This document shows, in pieces, positions 60,068 through 64,000 of a stretch of 64,000 nucleotides of DNA. A model generated the notes under the pieces. The model did not search any database. It was not told the origin of the DNA and worked only from the letters and a program-made list of their open reading frames with translations. Positions within the stretch are counted from its first letter, which is position 1. Every line of letters begins with the position of its first letter. The DNA lies in the NCBI GenBank assembly GCA_965279035.1, contig OZ257142.1:3680001-3744000 (forward strand). Direction: 5' to 3'. Source of the stretch: Bacteroidia bacterium. Lineage in GTDB: Bacteria > Bacteroidota > Bacteroidia > M30B66. The translations under genes were made by a program, and so were the position numbers.

Positions 60068-61408
60068 GTGTTCAAAAAAATCCTGATCGCCAACCGCGGC
60101 GAGATCGCATTGCGCATCATCCGCACGGCCCACGAAATGGGAATTAAAACCGTAGCGGTATATTCAACGGCAGATAAAGAAAGTTTGCATGTTCGTTTTG
60201 CCGACGAAGCTGTTTGCATTGGCCCACCGCCAAGTAAAGATTCCTACCTCAACATTGCCAATATCATTTCGGCAGCAGAAATAACCAATGCAGATGCAAT
60301 TCATCCTGGTTATGGTTTCCTTTCTGAAAATGCTAAATTTTCGAAAATCTGCCAGGATCATAACATCAAATTCATTGGTGCTACTCCTGAGCAAATTGAA
60401 AAAATGGGTGATAAATCCATGGCTAAAACAACCATGCGTGAAGCGGGAGTTCCTACCGTTCCCGGTTCTGAAGGCTTGTTGGAAAGTTTAGAGGACGCAA
60501 AAAAAACTGCCAAAAAAATCAAATATCCAGTCATCATCAAAGCAACTGCTGGTGGTGGTGGTAAAGGAATGCGCATCGTTTGGAAAGAAGATGAGCTCGA
60601 AAATGCATGGGACTCTGCCCGTCAGGAAGCTGCTGCTGCTTTTGGAAACGATGGCATGTACATGGAAAAATACATCGAGGAACCTCGTCACATCGAAATT
60701 CAAATTATTGGAGATCAATATGGACGTGTGAGTCATCTAAGCGAACGCGATTGTTCTATTCAACGACGTCACCAAAAATTGATGGAAGAAACTCCATCTC
60801 CTTTTATGACGCAGGAATTACGAGATGAAATGGGCGATGCTGCCGTTCGTGCTGCCAAAGCAGTAAACTACGAAGGCGTTGGTACGATTGAGTTTCTTGT
60901 TGATAAGCACCGTAACTTCTATTTCATGGAGATGAATACCCGAATTCAGGTTGAACATCCCATTACCGAAGAAGTAATTGATTATGACTTGATTCGTGAG
61001 CAAATCAAAGTGGCTGCTGGAGTTCCTATCTCAGGGAAAAATTATTACCCACAAATGCATGCTATTGAAGTTCGAATCAATGCGGAAGATCCAAACAATA
61101 ACTTCCGTCCTTCACCCGGTTTGATTACTACATTTCATGCACCGGGCGGACATGGAGTTCGTCTCGATACACATGCGTATGCTGGTTATACCATTCCTCC
61201 GAATTACGATTCAATGATTGCAAAACTCATTACCATTGCTCAAACACGCGAAGAAGCCATTGCTAAAATGCGTAGAGCATTGCACGAATTTGTGATTGAT
61301 GGTGTAAAAACAACAATTCCTTTTCATAAAAAGTTGATGGATAATGCCGATTTTATAGCAGGGAATTATACCACCAAATTCCTTGAAGACTTTGACTTTA
61401 AAGATTAA
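60068..61408 (+). CDS. accC: Acetyl-CoA carboxylase biotin carboxylase
   Basis: [47 protein letters not shown]. Confidence 0.97.
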   Translation: MFKKILIANRGEIALRIIRTAHEMGIKTVAVYSTADKESLHVRFADEAVCIGPPPSKDSYLNIANIISAAEITNADAIHPGYGFLSENAKFSKICQDHNIKFIGATPEQIEKMGDKSMAKTTMREAGVPTVPGSEGLLESLEDAKKTAKKIKYPVIIKATAGGGGKGMRIVWKEDELENAWDSARQEAAAAFGNDGMYMEKYIEEPRHIEIQIIGDQYGRVSHLSERDCSIQRRHQKLMEETPSPFMTQELRDEMGDAAVRAAKAVNYEGVGTIEFLVDKHRNFYFMEMNTRIQVEHPITEEVIDYDLIREQIKVAAGVPISGKNYYPQMHAIEVRINAEDPNNNFRPSPGLITTFHAPGGHGVRLDTHAYAGYTIPPNYDSMIAKLITIAQTREEAIAKMRRALHEFVIDGVKTTIPFHKKLMDNADFIAGNYTTKFLEDFDFKD

Positions 61409-61418
61409 TTGAAATCAA

Positions 61419-61446
61419 GAACCAGAGTTAATCCTCTGGTTTTTTT
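61419..61446 (+). terminator. Intrinsic terminator after accC
   Basis: aaccagag-ttaatc-ctctggtt followed by a T tract. Confidence 0.8.
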
Positions 61447-61458
61447 ATGCTTGTTTCT

Positions 61459-62295
61459 ATGAAAAAAATCCTTCTCCTTCTCAGCTTGATTATTTCGGGA
61501 AGTATTCATTCACAATCGAAATTATTCCAACCCGGATGGCAACTTAGCTTTGGAGCAGGTGTAGGCTTGCAACGATTAGATGCTAATTTCGATTCATTAT
61601 CCCGTTTTTTTAATGGTGATGCAACACTCCAAATTCCTGCTCAGCCAGCCATTCGCTTATATAATAAACCAATGTTTGGGGTTGAACTCAACTACATTCA
61701 TAACCTACAAAATACTATCACTTGGAAAGCCGGATTAACTGGCAGCATACAACAGATAGCATATAGTTATGGAAATACATATAAAGATTCAAGTTCTATA
61801 AAATTGAGTTCTGCAGGAATACAAGCACAAGCAATCAAAGCCTTTCATCCAACTGAGGGTAGTATTTTGATGATTGGTATTGGAGCATCCATTCAGGGAG
61901 TTTTTCTTCAAAACACTCAGATTATCAACCGCATAGATACATTAGTTAGTTTCCAGAATTATTTGAATGTTTCTGCAACTTCAAACTTAGATATGAACTT
62001 AACAAGCAAACTCTTAATTCAAGGAATTGCTAGTTTGGAATGGATTAATAAATTAAATGATCATTGGAGTTTATCGGCATCAATTCAAGGAAGATTGCCC
62101 TTAACTGATAATTTCAATTTCACGGGAACTACAATTGCAAACGGAAAATTGGATTTGTTTGGAAATTCAATCGCAATTCCTATTTCCACAACAACCGCAA
62201 CAACATCTTCGTCACGAATGCCTTATTGCCAATTCAATATTGGAATTATTCGCACACTTAATATGAAACATGTAGTTGTTTCGAATCTTCCCTAA
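61459..62295 (+). CDS. Hypothetical secreted protein, possible outer-membrane beta-barrel
   Basis: MKKILLLL signal peptide; alternating amphipathic beta-strands. Confidence 0.6.
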   Translation: MKKILLLLSLIISGSIHSQSKLFQPGWQLSFGAGVGLQRLDANFDSLSRFFNGDATLQIPAQPAIRLYNKPMFGVELNYIHNLQNTITWKAGLTGSIQQIAYSYGNTYKDSSSIKLSSAGIQAQAIKAFHPTEGSILMIGIGASIQGVFLQNTQIINRIDTLVSFQNYLNVSATSNLDMNLTSKLLIQGIASLEWINKLNDHWSLSASIQGRLPLTDNFNFTGTTIANGKLDLFGNSIAIPISTTTATTSSSRMPYCQFNIGIIRTLNMKHVVVSNLP

Positions 62296-62303
62296 AACAA
62301 ATT

Positions 62304-63443
62304 TCACATCTCTTTAAAGAGCCATACATAGGCTTCTGGAAATTCGACTCTCCAAAAGCTTTCGGTATGCTTTCCTTCTGGTTTTATAATAAGTTGTATT
62401 GATTTTTCTGATAGCCCATTCTTAATCAATGATTTTCGAAATTCAATCATATCGGAAATCATTTTTTTACTTTCCTGTTCGCCAGCAACCCAATACATTT
62501 TTATAAGATACTGTATTGGAATTTCATTGATCCACTTTAGAAATTCTTTCTTTGAAATCCAAAGTGAAGGAGAGAAAATGGCCGATTTTCCAAAGACTTC
62601 GGGATGTTTTAATTGTGCATAGAGTGAAATGAATCCTCCCAAAGAGCTTCCAGCAATTCCTGTAAATTTAGGTTTTGATAATGTTCTGAAATGTTCATCA
62701 ACATAGGGCTTTAGTGTATAAACTAAGAAATCTACATAGGCTTCACCTTCGGGATGATGTCCATTTACTTTATGACCCCAAGGAGTATATTCACTCATTC
62801 GCTCAGAACTATTCTCAATTCCAATGATGATGGCATTTTGAATTCCTTTTTCATAAAAATTGCGCATGCTTTCATCAATTCCCCATTCCCCCTTGAACGC
62901 AGTTCGATCATCAAATAAATTCTGCCCATCCTGCATATATATGACTGGATAACGTTTCTCATCCGAACTTTTATAATCGGGTGGCAAACAAATCCAAATT
63001 TTACGTTTCCTTCCTAATTGAGGAATATAGAATGAATCGGCCAAAATCTGAACTTCGGGTAAAGCAGTAGATTGCAGTTTTACATCTGTTTGATTTTCCC
63101 AGTTCTGAATTGAAATATCAATGGTATCATGTGGATGAACATTGGATATTCTATTCGGTATCGATTGACCTTTTTCATCAACTTCTACGTTTGACCAAGT
63201 TCCTTGAGTGAATTTATATTCGATCGAACCTTTGCAATGTATCGTGAGATAATAGTTCCCATTCGAACTCTGCTTGAATTTATAGTCGGATAAACCAGGA
63301 TTCCACTGATTGAAATTACCAGCAATGAAAATGCTATCACCCGAATTTGTTGAATTAGGAAGGGAAGTAATCCGAAATGTAACTTGAGCGAAATCCTGAA
63401 GAAACAGGAAGCAGAAAAAAGAAAATAAAAGGATTTTTCTCAC
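62304..63443 (-). CDS. Alpha/beta-hydrolase esterase with N-terminal carbohydrate-binding-like domain
   Basis: IFIAGNFN.W..EYKFT.G.W; YPVIY..DGQNLFD; GSSLGG nucleophile; H.E..W. Confidence 0.88.
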   Translation of the reverse strand: MRKILLFSFFCFLFLQDFAQVTFRITSLPNSTNSGDSIFIAGNFNQWNPGLSDYKFKQSSNGNYYLTIHCKGSIEYKFTQGTWSNVEVDEKGQSIPNRISNVHPHDTIDISIQNWENQTDVKLQSTALPEVQILADSFYIPQLGRKRKIWICLPPDYKSSDEKRYPVIYMQDGQNLFDDRTAFKGEWGIDESMRNFYEKGIQNAIIIGIENSSERMSEYTPWGHKVNGHHPEGEAYVDFLVYTLKPYVDEHFRTLSKPKFTGIAGSSLGGFISLYAQLKHPEVFGKSAIFSPSLWISKKEFLKWINEIPIQYLIKMYWVAGEQESKKMISDMIEFRKSLIKNGLSEKSIQLIIKPEGKHTESFWRVEFPEAYVWLFKEM

Positions 63444-63446
63444 CTT

Positions 63447-64000
63447 TTAAGCTTGAATTGTAAATTGATCTGCATCCAACAAAGCAGGAAAACTCAACCT
63501 AAAATCATCTAAATCGGGTTTTGAAATGTTAATCGTTTCGCATCGATCTCCAAAACGTTCGGTTTGACTTAATCGTTCACCTTTAAAATCAACCAAAACA
63601 GAATCACCCGAATAGCTCACATCATTTCCATCGGTGCCAATCCGATTCACGCCAACGACGTATGCCTGATTTTCTATTGCTCTAGCTACAAGTAACGATT
63701 TCCAAGCATGTGCTCTTCGTTCTGGCCAGTTTGCAACATAAATAAGGACATCATAATCGTAAGTAGCATTCAACATACGGTTTCGCGACCAAACAGGGAA
63801 ACGTAAATCATAACAGATTAATGGACAAATCTTCCATCCTTTTAATTGGAAAATCGTTCGTGAAGTACCGGCTGTATAATGTTCCTGTTCATTTGCCATT
63901 CGAAACAAATGCCGCTTGTCGTACACCTCGTATTTACCATCCGGATTCATCCAGATTAAACGATTATAAAATGCACCAGCATCTTTCATCATCATGCTAC
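63447..64000 (-). CDS. Nitrilase-superfamily amidohydrolase (YafV-like omega-amidase), 5' end outside window
   Basis: YDKRHLF, CYDLRFPVW.R, VANWP..R, ARAIENQ.YV.GVNR.G. Confidence 0.9.
   Translation of the reverse strand, partial: SMMMKDAGAFYNRLIWMNPDGKYEVYDKRHLFRMANEQEHYTAGTSRTIFQLKGWKICPLICYDLRFPVWSRNRMLNATYDYDVLIYVANWPERRAHAWKSLLVARAIENQAYVVGVNRIGTDGNDVSYSGDSVLVDFKGERLSQTERFGDRCETINISKPDLDDFRLSFPALLDADQFTIQA

Overview
Chromosomal window from a Bacteroidota genome (TAnnTTTG promoters, many T9SS cargo proteins, Bacteroidota-type sdhCAB, yceD-rpmF-plsX-fabH-accBC, ettA, nfuA-like, one tRNA-CAT). The best candidate for an undescribed system is the operon at 22.2-39.2 kb. It encodes three separately secreted Ig-repeat proteins plus a PorP/SprF barrel. 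Proteins A (3328 aa) and B (787 aa) have no T9SS C-terminal domain but end in the same tail, PTT(T/S)PIYHD-stop. Proteins B and C start with a homologous Ig/PKD-like domain that appears to lack its first strand, and only C has a type-B T9SS CTD. I infer a tip-shaft-anchor filament joined by C-terminal donor strands; this is untested. Also notable: an intact ATP-dependent DNA ligase homolog lacking the catalytic KxDG lysine, an AT-rich islet (T9SS gene + IS1595) bounded by a duplicated sdhB terminator, and several REP-like or structured repeat families, some nested, clustered around T9SS cargo genes. All family calls come from motif recognition by eye; no database searches were run.
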